Made by a program: the position numbers and the translations under genes. From the IMG/VR virus record IMGVR_UViG_3300028048_000086, positions 32,001 through 96,000 of that record: 64,000 nt of DNA; one strand, 5' to 3'. The notes below the pieces were generated by a model. That model did not search any database and was not told the origin of the DNA. It saw nothing but the letters and a program-made list of their open reading frames with translations. This document shows positions 1-13,300 of this stretch, in pieces. Source of the stretch: a virus. Its lineage: Duplodnaviria; Caudoviricetes. The first letter of the stretch is position 1. Every line of letters starts with the position of its first letter.

Positions 1-3000
1 TATAGCATTACGAAGAAAACGAGCACCGAAACCAGCAGCAATTTTCCCAACCGCACTTTCGGCTAATCGTTCCCCGGCTTTTTTGCCGGCCCATTTGGCA
101 CCGGCATCAACGTACTTTATCGGATTCGCTGACTTAACCGCTGAACCTGCCGCGCTCGCCGCTTTTCCTCCCATCTCTACGGCTTTCGTAGCCATCTTGC
201 TTTTTGCCGTGAGATTCTTCATAGCTTCTAGTCCGCGTTCAGGATAGAGAGCCTGCTTTAACTTAGAAGCCGCGTCAACAACGGGAGAGCTTCCGAAGAG
301 TCCCATCGCCGAAGCAAATTTCGCGACGGCTAATAAATGGACGGTAGCAAAACCAGCCGTCATATTAAACCAGGAAGCGATGATTTGCTCAAAGCGATCG
401 TCGACCGCGCAGATTAAATCAGGAGATACCGTAGTCGTGAATCCGTTTTCTACGGACATAGAATGAACAACTTCTTTTGCCGTACATTGGCCCGAGATGC
501 CTTCATACTCATCGCTGATATACATACGGTCATGTGGCTTTATCGTCGGATCTCCGAGGAGAACCATATCGCCGGCATACATCTCTTTCATGGAATCTTT
601 GAGAGCGGAAGCTGTCATACGCCAAGCGATAGACTTGTTGTTCATGTTATGACCGCCGGTAAGAGCTCCGTCTTCATCGTTGCCGACGATAGCATCTACT
701 GTCTCGAAAGACGTAAAGAAGTTTAATCCGGCGGCACCGACGAATGGAACGCCCTTGCCCAACAGCTGCGTATCCACAACCATAGATTTCTGGTCTTCTG
801 GATAGATATCATAGTCGGCATAAAGCGGGCCAACTGTATGCTGCTCTTTCGTATTCGCTGTCGCACAAACCTGATACAATCCAGTGGCTACGGTCTTCAT
901 CTTTTGAGAAGTTGCCGTGATGCCATTCGCGATAATATCAGATCCAGAAGTATAAATATGATATTGTTGAAATGGTTTGCGCTTTTCGAGAATTGCCCCG
1001 TTTGAATTTATGTAGGAATAAGCATAATAGAAACGAGGAGCGCCGATGAAGAGCGTAGACCGGAAATCGAACGGAGCTACTGCGCAGATGAAGTCAGGCA
1101 TAACACTCTTACAGATATTCGCGATATCCCAGACAGTCTTGCCGAAAACATCGAACGTAATTGATGGAGCCTTATCGATGCCTAACACGTTCGTGACATT
1201 ATCATCGCCCCAATTTGGACTAGCCCAAGCTTCAAAGATGTTCTGCATAGGTTCAGATGACTTTGAACTTGAACCAGAGCCAGAAATATCAGCCGAGGAT
1301 GCCATTGAGAAATCTTTATTTCCAAAATGATAGATACCATAAGGATTATCTCCGAGAATATCCGGGCGATCAAAACCGAATGGAAGATTCTTGAGAACGG
1401 TCGCGATCGCGCCGCCATTCGTCGTCAAGATATCATTCATAATCTGCTTCGGAGTCTCGCCGTTTGATAGCCAACCGCCACTCGAAGTAAGAGAGTGGGC
1501 TTCTTTCTTCTCTAAAATCGGATTCATGAGCTCGACACCATCGCCTTGGGCCACGATTTCAACGGTATCTTCCGCCGTAACTTCGGCGATAGAACCATTA
1601 AAGATAATCGGAAGCATCACGGCATTCGAACCATATCCAGCTCTTAAATGAATGCGGGCTCCGGCGCGAAGACGAAGTTTATCTGGCGGTGAAGCATTCT
1701 GGCGTTTCTTTTCCTGTTGCTCAGCATAGCTACTGGAGTCCTTCGCAAAATGATTATGCCACCCAGGGAAAAATACAGAATCAAACGTATCTCCGAGAGA
1801 GGCTTCTGATTTACGTAGGCGATCAATTCCTTCCGTCGCGTATGATTGGAAGTAATTCGTCAACGTAATCGTAGCCGTATCAGCCGGATTTTTACGATCT
1901 TTTACAACCGTAAACTTTAAGATATTCATGGAGTTATAGAAGTTATCGTGAAGTTTATAAGAACCGACATCTCTGCCTTCATCAACGAAAATCAGATAAT
2001 ACGTTGGGAATGCTCGGAGCATACGCCCACGAGCATCATGAACAATCATATCGTGGCAGGAATGAACCATAAACTTCTTCGGATCATCTGCTGCTTTAAT
2101 GTATAACTGTTCCGTTTCATTACGAGCATGCTGCACAGCCGGATCATTTTGCGAAACGCCGATCGTATCTTTGTTGTCGATATGACCAAGGCCAGTCATA
2201 GCCATCGTCATCTTGCGTAAGGCCATTGTCGGCTTGTCACCGGTAGAAATCTGGGAAGACGGAACCGCCGCGCCGCGAGAATATTCTTGAAGACCACGAT
2301 AATCACGATTGTCGATACGGTCAAGTATCATTTGGTTTCCGTCGCTTGAAGCTAGCACACTTGCTGTCCAAATTTTACCGGAATCCATCGTATCCGTATT
2401 CCGAGAGAAGAATTTGATGTGCTCTACTAGCTGAGCTTCTTTCTCTCCGACACGAAGTTTATTCGCTTCTTCTGTATTCGAAACCCCCTGCTGGGCTTTC
2501 GATGCTTTTCTCAAAATATCCGTTTTGATCGTAGGAATCGCGTGGCGATCAATTAGAACTTTGATCCAGTAAAGACAATTGCGTAAATAAGCATGCGTAC
2601 AGAATAGCGGATCACGAATGCATGCTAGTTTGTATGCAACGATCGTATCGACAGGCTGATAGCGATAGTAACGATCGAGAAGATAATAATTTGTGTTAAT
2701 GCGGGTAAGGTCATCATTCTTCTCCTTTTCTGTCCAAACATCACTCGGATTTTCTCCGGTCATTTTCATGAACTCGCTACGGGAATATTGCTTAATTTTG
2801 AAGCAGCCAAATTCCGTAGCATAAAAAGCACCGGCATCTGGAAGGTCTTCGTCCATCGTCGTCTCTGCTCTTGTCGTACCAGGAACATAACCGACGAAGC
2901 CCGGGGATGCCATCCAGTTCGTAGATTTTTTCTTACTGGAATATTCTTTTTCTCCCGTCGCGGCGCAGGCGGCGGAATAAACGATGTCTTTGACGGTTTT

Positions 3001-6000
3001 CAAGAAATTCGCGTTAACATCGATATTTATCAGATCCATGATCTGATGCACTTCAGATATATTGAAAAACTGCTCAACGCCGTTATAAATAGCGGTCTTG
3101 ACTAAGTCAAAGCACTTTTTGGTGTCTCCACCGTTCTTTTTCGCTGCCAGATATTGATTGCGGATAGCGTTATTGCTACTCCACATATCTACGACGATTG
3201 GTTCAGTTTTTAGATACGTCTCTATTTCACTAGAGGCTTCTCTCGCGTTTTCCAGTTGATCATGAACCCAAGCGCCTTCCGTAATCTTTTCTTGCGTTGA
3301 TTGCTGGCTATCATCAGTTGAAGAATCATCTGTGGCTTGCTTGGTATCCTGTTGTTGGGTGTTAGATTCGGCACCTTGCTGAACAGCATTCTGAATTGCT
3401 CTTTTTCTCTCATTCGCTTCGTACGCTTTGATTTCTTTCGTGTAATTAGGTTCGAGAAACATCGCCTTTACATCATTGCTAATTTCCCATCCTTCATACT
3501 CTTCAACAGCATTATAATTGCTATCTTTCTTTAGATTCTCGAGCGTCTTCTTAGCGTTGACAGTGTATTTAGCATTTTCACTGTTCTTCGCCATCTTTTC
3601 CTGATTTTTGGCAGCATCATTCATCGCTACGGCTTCATAGCCTTTTTGTTCCTGAGCTGTGAGTTTGTATTTAGCTCCCGTGGAATCCTTATAAGTTTTC
3701 GTACCGTCAATGCCGGCTTCGATAGATTCCATAATCGTATCGCGAAGAATCTGACTAGAAAGGCGTGCTAAATATACGAAGTAAAAATCAGGATCAACGT
3801 AGACACGGTTGTCTTGGAACTTATATCTGAGATAGGAATACCCGAGGGAGTTCATATCCTCCAAAGTTGGAAGTTCCAAATCAGGATACAGTTCTGCGTG
3901 AGCAAGAGTATTTTCAACTTCGAAGAAAGACTTCAATGTCTTCTCTTCAAAGTTACTATCCTTACGATCTCCGTTATTCCTAGCTTGAAGCATGGCCGTA
4001 GCTTCTCTTTGACGAAGCGTACGATCCATGGAACGCATGGAGAACGAAATATTATAAACGCCTGGCTGGCCCGGAATCGTATCTATTTGGACATCTGTAA
4101 TTGATACTTCTGTCGTACCGAAGAATCTCGTAAATTCAGAATCGACTTTGATAGGATAGCATGGAATTACCTGACGATATTGACGCATCATCAATGCTGA
4201 TAGCTTCGGCAAATTGCTGATAATACCGGCTGCTTTTTTACTCGACGTCATAATGCTGACATTGAAAACTGTGTCTTCGCCGCCGAGATATTGCGGAGCA
4301 CATCCTTTTGAATCCTGAAGAGAAATTGGATGACCATTTGCAGATGACATGTGGTTCATGATCTGTGCTGAATAATCCGTTATGTAAAAGACTCCAGCAT
4401 CGATAGGAATAAACGACATATTGTCCAGCTGGTCAATATTCGCTACTTTTCTCCATTGACTATTGCCAGAGTCATTGCCTTTGATTGAGTTGTTGTCATA
4501 TTTGTCTTTTGCATATGACAACAACTTCATATCATCTGTATCAGCTATCGGAGTAAAACTAGTTCCGGATCCATCCGCCGCGATAGAAATGCGCATCGGT
4601 ATAAAGATACGGCCATCTTTGTAAGTAGCTCCTTCCGTGCCACCAATAAATGCCGTAGCATTTTTCTGTACATCTTTAATAGCGTCTTCCGTAAGCGCAT
4701 GACCATCATCGTCATTGAAAGCTACGCAAGCGCCAATTTCAAAATACTTGTTTTGGCTATCATATCTTTCATATCCGCGCACGTTAGCATCCGGACACTG
4801 TTCTTTAATCGATGCTTTTAACGTAGATAGAGCTTCATCTACTTCATCGTGAACATCGTTGCCATCTGCATCACGGAGATCTCGCCATGAAGACATTCCA
4901 TGGTCTAAAAACGTCGTGGCATTTGTGTTTGCTTGCGGAGAAACTGGAATATAGTGAATGCCTCTACCGTCGAGTTTCTTGATCGCATTCTGAAAATCGT
5001 CACTGTTAATTGCAGCCTCGATTCCCTTGGCATTCTTACCGATAGTATTCATCGCTTTCGCGCCATCTTCGGAGTAATTAATGCCAAGCTGCTGCTCCTG
5101 CATCTTTTCTCTCTTAGCTTTGAGCATCTTATCAAGATATACAGGGTCAGCGACGTAGAACTTCATAGTGCTGTCTTTAAGAGGCATTGGCTGAAGCATT
5201 GTACGGTTTTCGAGAGTCTTTTTGAGATAACCCTTCGAATTAATTTCCAGTCCAGAATTCAGCAAGGCGTTGCCATTAATCAGTGCTCTCTGATAATAGT
5301 AACGCATAACCGGCCAGTTGAATGCCGCCGAGAATCCATTTATTTTCTTTCCTGTTTGAAGCTTGAAGAGAGCACAATCAGGGATATAGACGGCATAATC
5401 AAATTCCGTCATTGTGAGAGTTGCTTCGATTAATTGTGGGCCATTCGACGACACATTCTTGATAGCGATGGAATTCATAACAACGGCTTCAATTCCAAGC
5501 GTATCATTCAAATAATCGTTTTCGATCGGCAGAAATGGCGTGAACTTAAATTCCGAAACGAGAGCGCGAAGGCCATCCATATAGTAGACCATCTTTTTCC
5601 CGTTCGGAGCCTGTGCTTTATATTCCCAACCATTGATACCTTTATCTCCGCAAAAATAAATATGCATGGAAATTTCGCGCTCGATATTGCGGCCGCCCTT
5701 CGCCATCGTGCCACGAGCGCGGAGCATAGAGACACGTTCTTCTGATGTATGCGTCGTAACAGAAATCGACGTAGGAGGAACTAAGAAAGTAACATCACCG
5801 ATTGTTACCGTCCAATTTGTCAGTTCTGCCCAGTCTTTGCCGAAGATAGATTCCTGGATTTTCTTGCGATCATCCAGCTCTGAAGCCATAGAAAAATAAG
5901 CGTCAGCAAAAACCTGCTGGTCAGGATCATATTCTGTTTTGAAAGCTTCATTATTTCCGATATTTGAGTTATCCGGCTGCGCATGCGTTTCCGTATCCGC

Positions 6001-7182
6001 GATAAGGGCTTTCGCTAAGTTTACGAACTTGCCATCAACTTTTACGAAGGCTTGCCCGGAAACTCTACCGAGGACATCTTCTTTCGCGAGGCACCAGCCA
6101 TTATTCGCGCCATAAAGATCATTTCCCGCCCAATTCTTTAGTGTGCTGATTGCTTTTTGATCATCGGCAATATACTGGAAATTGTTGATACCACCAATGC
6201 CGGTTTTATTATCAATCGTAACGTAAATCGGACCATGATCTTTGATGAGATTTTTTAGTCTCATCGACGCTTTTTCAGCATCTTCTTTACTGCCGTTAGC
6301 CGGGCATACGAGCCATTTGAATGAGATTTTCTCGTCAGAATCATTCGTCCGTTCAATCTGATACCAGCGTTCTCCAAGATGAACGAACTCTGCTGAATTT
6401 TCTCCGTCTAAGAACTCTTGCGTACAGGTATAAGAACTCGGATAATTCTTGGCATCTGTTGGCGAGAAAGACCGAATTTCTACCTGATCAGCGGGAATGT
6501 TCTTTTCAAAGGCATAGCGATCTGGGTACACGGCGTCAATACCGTATAAAGATAGCTGTATGCAATCAGAATCATCGAGCCCGCCGAAATTCGGATCATT
6601 TCCACTGACAGACTGGCGGAAAGTCTTCGCTGCGCCATCCGTCATCCCATTCGCATCAGAATGGAGTTCGCTGAGCCCGACACGTAGAACGTTACCATTT
6701 AGCCAATCACCTTCATAATCGTGAGATGAAGGTGTAGCGTAAAACATCGTAGACTGAGTCTTTTCATCGTAACCGAACTCTTTGCTTGGTGGATTTTCGG
6801 TATAGAATGCCGCTCTCTTTCCTTTTTCTTCGTCTCCAGGTTTGAAAGCATCGTCCGTCTTGTTTACCATATCATCGAGTTTTCGAAGATAAACATCGTC
6901 GACGGCGCCGAGATAAAAATCTCCCATTTCAGGAGTCTCAAAAGTATTTACCTGCGTAACATTTCCATTCTCGTCAGTAACTGTTTCGGAGAACGGATTA
7001 TAGTCTTGGCCTTCGTATCTCTTACGATATTCTGCGGCCTGCTTCGCTGCAGAAGCCAGATTTGCTTGTGCATTTGGATCCATCTTCTGAGCAACAGGAT
7101 TGCTCAGTCCAGGAGTCGCGGTAGCTACCTGCTGAACTTCTTCCATTGATGGCTTTTCAGTTGTGTTATTCTCGTCAGCCAA
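1..7182 (-). CDS. Giant virion structural protein (>2390 aa, runs off the left edge); degenerate SNase-like domain near the N-terminus, baseplate-hub-like region further on
   Basis: Absent from the ORF track because it has no stop in the window. TTG at 7182 follows a GGAGG RBS (MADENNTTEKPS...). Frame open wherever spot-checked (e.g. FNWPVMRYYYQRAL near 5300). LYGIDAVYP...DVLGRV...VDGKFVNL resembles SNase; RIHLRAGYGS...IFNGSIAEV...VAQGDG resembles hub proteins. Confidence 0.75.
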   Translation of the reverse strand, partial: MADENNTTEKPSMEEVQQVATATPGLSNPVAQKMDPNAQANLASAAKQAAEYRKRYEGQDYNPFSETVTDENGNVTQVNTFETPEMGDFYLGAVDDVYLRKLDDMVNKTDDAFKPGDEEKGKRAAFYTENPPSKEFGYDEKTQSTMFYATPSSHDYEGDWLNGNVLRVGLSELHSDANGMTDGAAKTFRQSVSGNDPNFGGLDDSDCIQLSLYGIDAVYPDRYAFEKNIPADQVEIRSFSPTDAKNYPSSYTCTQEFLDGENSAEFVHLGERWYQIERTNDSDEKISFKWLVCPANGSKEDAEKASMRLKNLIKDHGPIYVTIDNKTGIGGINNFQYIADDQKAISTLKNWAGNDLYGANNGWCLAKEDVLGRVSGQAFVKVDGKFVNLAKALIADTETHAQPDNSNIGNNEAFKTEYDPDQQVFADAYFSMASELDDRKKIQESIFGKDWAELTNWTVTIGDVTFLVPPTSISVTTHTSEERVSMLRARGTMAKGGRNIEREISMHIYFCGDKGINGWEYKAQAPNGKKMVYYMDGLRALVSEFKFTPFLPIENDYLNDTLGIEAVVMNSIAIKNVSSNGPQLIEATLTMTEFDYAVYIPDCALFKLQTGKKINGFSAAFNWPVMRYYYQRALINGNALLNSGLEINSKGYLKKTLENRTMLQPMPLKDSTMKFYVADPVYLDKMLKAKREKMQEQQLGINYSEDGAKAMNTIGKNAKGIEAAINSDDFQNAIKKLDGRGIHYIPVSPQANTNATTFLDHGMSSWRDLRDADGNDVHDEVDEALSTLKASIKEQCPDANVRGYERYDSQNKYFEIGACVAFNDDDGHALTEDAIKDVQKNATAFIGGTEGATYKDGRIFIPMRISIAADGSGTSFTPIADTDDMKLLSYAKDKYDNNSIKGNDSGNSQWRKVANIDQLDNMSFIPIDAGVFYITDYSAQIMNHMSSANGHPISLQDSKGCAPQYLGGEDTVFNVSIMTSSKKAAGIISNLPKLSALMMRQYRQVIPCYPIKVDSEFTRFFGTTEVSITDVQIDTIPGQPGVYNISFSMRSMDRTLRQREATAMLQARNNGDRKDSNFEEKTLKSFFEVENTLAHAELYPDLELPTLEDMNSLGYSYLRYKFQDNRVYVDPDFYFVYLARLSSQILRDTIMESIEAGIDGTKTYKDSTGAKYKLTAQEQKGYEAVAMNDAAKNQEKMAKNSENAKYTVNAKKTLENLKKDSNYNAVEEYEGWEISNDVKAMFLEPNYTKEIKAYEANERKRAIQNAVQQGAESNTQQQDTKQATDDSSTDDSQQSTQEKITEGAWVHDQLENAREASSEIETYLKTEPIVVDMWSSNNAIRNQYLAAKKNGGDTKKCFDLVKTAIYNGVEQFFNISEVHQIMDLINIDVNANFLKTVKDIVYSAACAATGEKEYSSKKKSTNWMASPGFVGYVPGTTRAETTMDEDLPDAGAFYATEFGCFKIKQYSRSEFMKMTGENPSDVWTEKEKNDDLTRINTNYYLLDRYYRYQPVDTIVAYKLACIRDPLFCTHAYLRNCLYWIKVLIDRHAIPTIKTDILRKASKAQQGVSNTEEANKLRVGEKEAQLVEHIKFFSRNTDTMDSGKIWTASVLASSDGNQMILDRIDNRDYRGLQEYSRGAAVPSSQISTGDKPTMALRKMTMAMTGLGHIDNKDTIGVSQNDPAVQHARNETEQLYIKAADDPKKFMVHSCHDMIVHDARGRMLRAFPTYYLIFVDEGRDVGSYKLHDNFYNSMNILKFTVVKDRKNPADTATITLTNYFQSYATEGIDRLRKSEASLGDTFDSVFFPGWHNHFAKDSSSYAEQQEKKRQNASPPDKLRLRAGARIHLRAGYGSNAVMLPIIFNGSIAEVTAEDTVEIVAQGDGVELMNPILEKKEAHSLTSSGGWLSNGETPKQIMNDILTTNGGAIATVLKNLPFGFDRPDILGDNPYGIYHFGNKDFSMASSADISGSGSSSKSSEPMQNIFEAWASPNWGDDNVTNVLGIDKAPSITFDVFGKTVWDIANICKSVMPDFICAVAPFDFRSTLFIGAPRFYYAYSYINSNGAILEKRKPFQQYHIYTSGSDIIANGITATSQKMKTVATGLYQVCATANTKEQHTVGPLYADYDIYPEDQKSMVVDTQLLGKGVPFVGAAGLNFFTSFETVDAIVGNDEDGALTGGHNMNNKSIAWRMTASALKDSMKEMYAGDMVLLGDPTIKPHDRMYISDEYEGISGQCTAKEVVHSMSVENGFTTTVSPDLICAVDDRFEQIIASWFNMTAGFATVHLLAVAKFASAMGLFGSSPVVDAASKLKQALYPERGLEAMKNLTAKSKMATKAVEMGGKAASAAGSAVKSANPIKYVDAGAKWAGKKAGERLAESAVGKIAAGFGARFLRNAI

Positions 7183-7285
7183 GTTTTCGTTCCTCCTAAA
7201 TACTGTCGTCACTTTATTGCTAACCGTATATTACGGTTTTGACGAGCCGATATGAATTTGTCTAACGGTTAGACTTTTTCAATTC

Positions 7286-7314
7286 ATAAAAAATAGAGCC
7301 GATCTCTCGGCTCT
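7286..7314 (-). terminator. Rho-independent terminator after the 3006-aa gene
   Basis: AGAGCCGA-tctc-TCGGCTCT hairpin; the A-run on the + strand gives a U-tail on the - strand. Confidence 0.75.
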
Positions 7315-7318
7315 TAAG

Positions 7319-10300
7319 TCAGCTCGACATCCCGATGGCATTCGACACCATACGATTAATATGATATTGGCTGGCAGTAGATCCAATCGTACTGCTCATC
7401 GTGATATTTACTGATCCATTCTGCGGCGTCATTCCGGAAGCGGCATTCTGAATAGCTTCTACGGCTTTTTGCTGTCCCTGCGGAGAAGTAGCGTTGACAT
7501 TGATGACGTAACCACTATTCGGGCCTCCACGCATGACATTCAAGTTCGCATCAGAGAGCGATGGAGCCTGCTGCATCTGTGCTACTTGGCTTTCATCAGA
7601 CTGACCACTTTGAGCTTGATCTGCCGGGCCATGATCCGATGTAGAATTCATCGGACCAGAAACATATCCGGAAGTAAGCAATCCGCCGGCGATGCCGATT
7701 GCTCCGGCGAGAATCGGATTTCCGACATGTTCTGTCATTCCGGCAATGCCTTTGATAGCCTTCGCCACTCTATGAGTAGAAGCTCTAACGGCAGCTTCTT
7801 CGATTTCTTCTCTGCGTTTTAAAGCATTGTCTGAATTCTGACGAATGACATCGGCAGCTTCTCTTGCTTTTTCTGTACGAATATCGGCGGCGCTACTACG
7901 ATTTTGAGGAGCTAGTGCATCTTCGTAGATTTTAGAATCAACCCCCATGCTTTTCGCTTGTTGATTGACCATTTCTTCTGTGCTCGTTATGAGCGATTCA
8001 GAAGATCCGCCTTCAATTTTGTACTGGTCATAATCTGGGTTGAGACCATTCTTGGAGATACCGACACGCATTGCCGCACGGAAATTAGCGCTGTTCGGAG
8101 AAGTCATTGTCTCTACAGCGTCATGAACGAGCTGGGCGCCCATCGCGGCTTTCATGCCATTCGTAATTTCTCCACGATTAACGGAAGCAATTTCTTCGGC
8201 GTTCGCGGCGGCATCCTGTCCAAGTTTCCAGAGATAGAAGTCTTTTGCTTTCTCATATATCGGCGTATCCTTATCGAGAACGTTGGACGGTAAACGAGCA
8301 AGTTCTTTTCCGGTACGAGTACTTAAGAGATTATAGTACATCTCGCGAGCTTCATTCGCGACATCACTGACTTCTTCGCCTCTACCGCGTCTATTCATAA
8401 CACCGTAGATACGGCTATTCAATTTCGACAGCTCTTCACTTCGAGTCAAATCACCATGTTTCTCACTCTTACCCGTTAAGGTAGCTTCCTGAATCGCGGC
8501 TACAGTTGTCGTCGCGAGATTTAAGTAACCATGCGTATCTCGATTGCCTTCGAGATTTGCCATGGTGCGCATCCATTCAAAGATCGAAGTATTCAAGCTG
8601 CCAGCTGCTAGTTTCGAAGCATCTGCCTCGATCTTCTGATTAATCAGAGCAGAAGTCTTCGCATAATGCATGGACTCCAGCAAATCTTTCTGCGTGTCTT
8701 CCGTATACTTTCCGCTCGTCCGTACATAGTCGCTCATCGCTCTTAAGTAATCTGTGGATCCTTTTTCAAGACCTTTTTCTTCGGCGATAGGCGCGAAAGC
8801 TTCATTTAGTTTTTCATTTAACTTGGAATATTTCTTTTCTTCTTCAGGAGTGTAGACTCTGTCGAAATCAACGGAATGGCGACCATCATACGTGGCATCC
8901 CGAACAGAGTGCGTATCAAGATCATCCATACGAGGAGAAGCATCGCGGCGATCATCAAACTGGTTGAACGTAGCTGCTGTATGGATCGTAGAACCGATGG
9001 CGTCGCGGAAAGCCTTTCCTCCGTCATCGAGCTCGACAGATACGCCTTCCATTTTCTTGAGAGCTTTGTATCCGGCATAGTCAAGAGAATCCGTGTGGAT
9101 TTTCTTTTCTCCGATATTAATCGTAGCTCCGGAACGAACGACGAGAGCGTCGCCTTTATCGGAGTCAAAGTCACCTTTCTTTTGCATCCAGCCCCTGACA
9201 CCGACAAGAAGCTCATCATCTCCGACTGTATCATTGACGTATAAAGCACTCGCGGCGATAGAAGTATTCTGCTGAGCTGGTTGACGAAGAATATCGGAAA
9301 GAGTACCCGTCGTTTTAACTTCTTCCAGCGTAGCCTTCTTCAACTTCGTAGCCAAATCGGCATTGCCGCCGGTCAGTTCCATGAAGTAGTCGTCGTTGTA
9401 AATAGCCTTCGCAGCATTGTTACCAACGACAGCGTAAGAAAAGTTTAAAGCCTTAGAAGCATCTTTTCTTCCAACATCTGCCATTTTCGACAGGTTGACA
9501 CCTTGCCATTCCAGCTGCGAGAAGTTGCCATCCAGAGAACGCCATTCTCCATTTTCGGTAACGCCGCCAGCGAAATCATGTCCCTGAGCAGTCGCACGAA
9601 TAACGCCATCTTGGAAGTAAGCATTCGACGCTTTCTTGACAACGCCATCTTTGCCTGTCGTCAGCTGCGAGACATGTCCGACAAACTGGTCAATACTTTC
9701 CTGAATTTTTCCGAGAGCTTTTTCACGAGCGCCTTTGACGTCAGCATTTTGCTCGTAGTTATCACTATAATCACGATATTGACGCAAGAGACTAGCAATG
9801 TCACCTGTAAGAATGCCAGGACTCAGTGTGCCATCTTCTCTTTCGAAGATATCTTTCGTAAACGGAAGAGCTAAGTAGCGATTGCTTCTCTTGCCGTAGA
9901 TCTGAGCCTCTTCAGGAAGTTTGTCATCATGAAGATCGATCAGAAGAGGTCTGCCATAGAGCTGATTCGTAAACTCTTCCATACCAGAAGCTCTTGCCTG
10001 AGTATTCAAGTCTTTCAATGAAACGACATTGAATCCGAACTTCTGCATGTCATCGACGGTCAGAGTATTCTTTTTCTGATTAAACTTGCGAGCGACGGAG
10101 AAAGAAAACGCCATATTTTGCGCCAAGACTTTATCAGCCGTGATCTTTGTTGCGCCGGCTTTTTTCATGGTGCCAATGACAGAATCAATCTGTTCTCCTG
10201 TCATGCCTTCGTCAACTAACCTTTGGCGAGCTTTCTGAGACTCTTCTGTCAGCTGTTTATACTGAGGAGCAAATTCTTCTTTGCGTTCTTCCAGCGTCTT

Positions 10301-13300
10301 ATCATAGATACGATCTTCTCCATCCGTATAGAACTGATGAGCTTTAATCGTATCAACCAGAGATTGATCGATATTATCTCCGGCTTTTGTGCCTTTGACA
10401 AATCTCTCGTATAGTTCGTTACCTTTTTCTTCTCCGAGAGAATGAACAAGGCGTTGCTGAATCGTATTTACATAGTCTTCGTTGATTCTATTCGCGAAGA
10501 CGTTTGTCATAATACGCTCGTCAAGTTTCTCAGGCTTCTTGTTCTGACGAGCTGTATCCTTCGTCGTAATACGAAGCATATCTAGATTCTGGAGCTGCCC
10601 GCCACGAGACAATGCCGTATTCGAATATAGATATCTCTGACCGTATTTCTTGGCTTCTTCGTCATTCAGCCTCTGAACTTTTTCGAAAGAGTGAATCTCT
10701 CTTGCGTAGTCGTCTTTTCCTAAGAGCTCGTCTACGGTTTTTCCAGTACTAACTTCCTTTCCTTCCATATCGAATTTGCGATAATATCCGTTATCTAATT
10801 GCTCGATATAGCCGGTGACTTTCTTGCCGCCCTTTGATAGCTCGAAATACTTTTCAGGGCCTTCGCTCTTAAAGTATTTGTGAGCTATCTCATCGTACGC
10901 ATCCCAATCAATAGAACCGTGAGATAACGTAAACGTACCGGTTTTTTCATCAAGTTCAAGATCTGGGCGAACCTTCTTCATTTCACGAAGAATCTCTTGG
11001 TTCGACATGCCACGATCTTTCATAGCATAAAACATGCTTGAAAATGCGGTAGGATCTCCGTGCTTGATCTGTCCGGAGTAGTTGTTCATGACGCCCCAGA
11101 TATGCTGTCCTTCTTGCAGGGCACCGCTGGCCGTCATAACACGTTCGAGCAAGTCTGTCGCTCCATGCCGCTCCGTCATCATGGCATTCGCGAATTCTTC
11201 TATGCTGGAGAATGTTTTTCCAATCGTTTCCCGGATTCTCTTATCGTTCCAGCCACCATCAGTCATCGCATTGAGAGCGATACCGAACTTCGTCTTCGAG
11301 AGATCCTTCGGTGGATTCATCAGTTCCGTAATAAAGTCTGCCGTAACTTCTCTGCCAATTAGGTTCGTTGCCTTAAATTCCGTAAGGACTTTAGCGACTT
11401 TCCGATCTTTCTGCCCGAGACCGTTCATGATAACACGGCCCATCGTCTTCTCGTTATTATCCGAGACTTTGATGTTACCGGACATGTCCATGTCTTCGAG
11501 GAAGTAACGTGCTTTATATGTGTTGTTCGAATTGAAGAGATTCCAGACTCTTTCCTGCCAGCCTTCGCGGCTCGTATCAATCTTATCGAGATTCTCATTG
11601 ATGATTTCGCTGACTCGTTCATCCGACAGGCGCATACGATCCTGGAAGATTCCGAGGCGCAAGAATCCATTTGATTTTGCTAGAACAGGTTTTTCGCCTT
11701 CGTCGTAAGCGCCGAGAACGCTGAACAACTTTTCATCTTTTTTACGGAAGACACCGTTGTTAGAATGGAAATGAACGTTGCCTTCGCTATCAAGTTCGAG
11801 TTCCGGAGTAGCATCGCCGAGATTCGAGCGTTTCATAACAACGTCACGAGCATTGCTTTCAACGGCACGAACTTTATCGACATCTACCTGTTGCTCGTAA
11901 TAGCGATAGGATAGCATCGCATCAGCTGCACGAGAAGTAATTGCGCCAGCGCCTTCATCCGTCATAATTGAGGAAATGCGAGTAAATTCAGCGCTTTCTC
12001 TCGCTGATAGAGATAGAGCTAGAGCATTCGCGCCTTTATCGACGAGAATTTGAAAATCTCTCGTACTCGTAGAAAGACGCCTGCCGATAAACGAGTTTTC
12101 TACTTTATAGCCAATGCTTTTGCCAATTTCTTCGTTACGAGCAGACTCACCGACGGTGCGAATAAGATCTCCGGCCATGCCACCGATTGAATCAAGATAT
12201 TTCAGAGTATCTTCTGAAGCCCTGAAATAAGAAGCTCTCGCTTTCTTGTATTCGATGCCATTCGCACCAACATGGGCATTCTCACCGACATTCTGATTCT
12301 CTTGATAGATACGGTAGAAGCCCTTCGAAGAATGCGTTCCTAGATGACGAGTAAATCCGCGAATCTTGGAATAAACATCGGCATTCGGGCTGCCGTTATT
12401 AATAACTTCCTGTATTGCGTCTTCGAAGAGAGAACCGTGCTCTTGAATAGCAACGACCTGTGCCATCGTAAGATCGCTCAGACGTTTGCCGTCATAAAGC
12501 TCTGTTCCGTCTTTCATGTAAGCTTCATGGGATTTATCCATGAGCTCTTTCAGGATATTATCAGTATCTGAGCCAGTACCTTCGAATTCTTGGAAAGCCT
12601 TGGTATTTGAAAGTTCTCCCAGCTTCTGTACAATATCTCCTGCATAGAAAGATTGCGAAGTCAGGCGATCCTGCTTATTCTTGTCCAAGCTCGTAGAGAA
12701 ATCTCTCCACGTAGCGTTGAACTTGCTGAGAATATAATTGACACCGCCAAGAAGTTCGTTCTCGCCAGCTTTCCTTTCAAGAAAGTCTGTATGGAGAGAG
12801 GCCCCGACATTTCCGGCGGCCTTGCCCCATAATGAATTAACTTGGAGCTTCTTTTCACGGCTTCCTCTGTCGTAGAGGTTAAATAAACCGATAGGGTCTA
12901 CGCGACGAGTATTATTCTTGCCTTGGCGAATAAAGAACGCCCCGTCTTCATAGCGCTCCTTGGTGAAGAATAGCTCTTGAGACTTGCCAGCTTTAAAATC
13001 ATTGATACTGTTGTAGCCCCAGATTTTGCCAGTTTCTTCGTTGTAGCCGATGGCGCCGCCATTTTCATAGATTCCACGAACAAGATCGTGGACGACTTCG
13101 CGAGTATTTGCTCTCTTGATCTGTTGTCCTCTCTGCATGAGTTCAGCGCTCTCTTTCGAGTAGCCCTGAGCCATGAGATTCTTTACGAAGTCCTCGGAAT
13201 CTTCATGAGCGAACCCTGTATTGAATAGAATCTTATCTACGATATTATCGGCGATTTTATTCGTCGCGTTCTCGAATTTCTGCTTCGCAAGTTTCGGATT

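Noticed and set aside
463-6608. Short ORFs in the track suggesting a fragmented or recoded region
   Set aside because: Explained by one long minus-strand ORF running off the window; no sign of stop-codon reassignment
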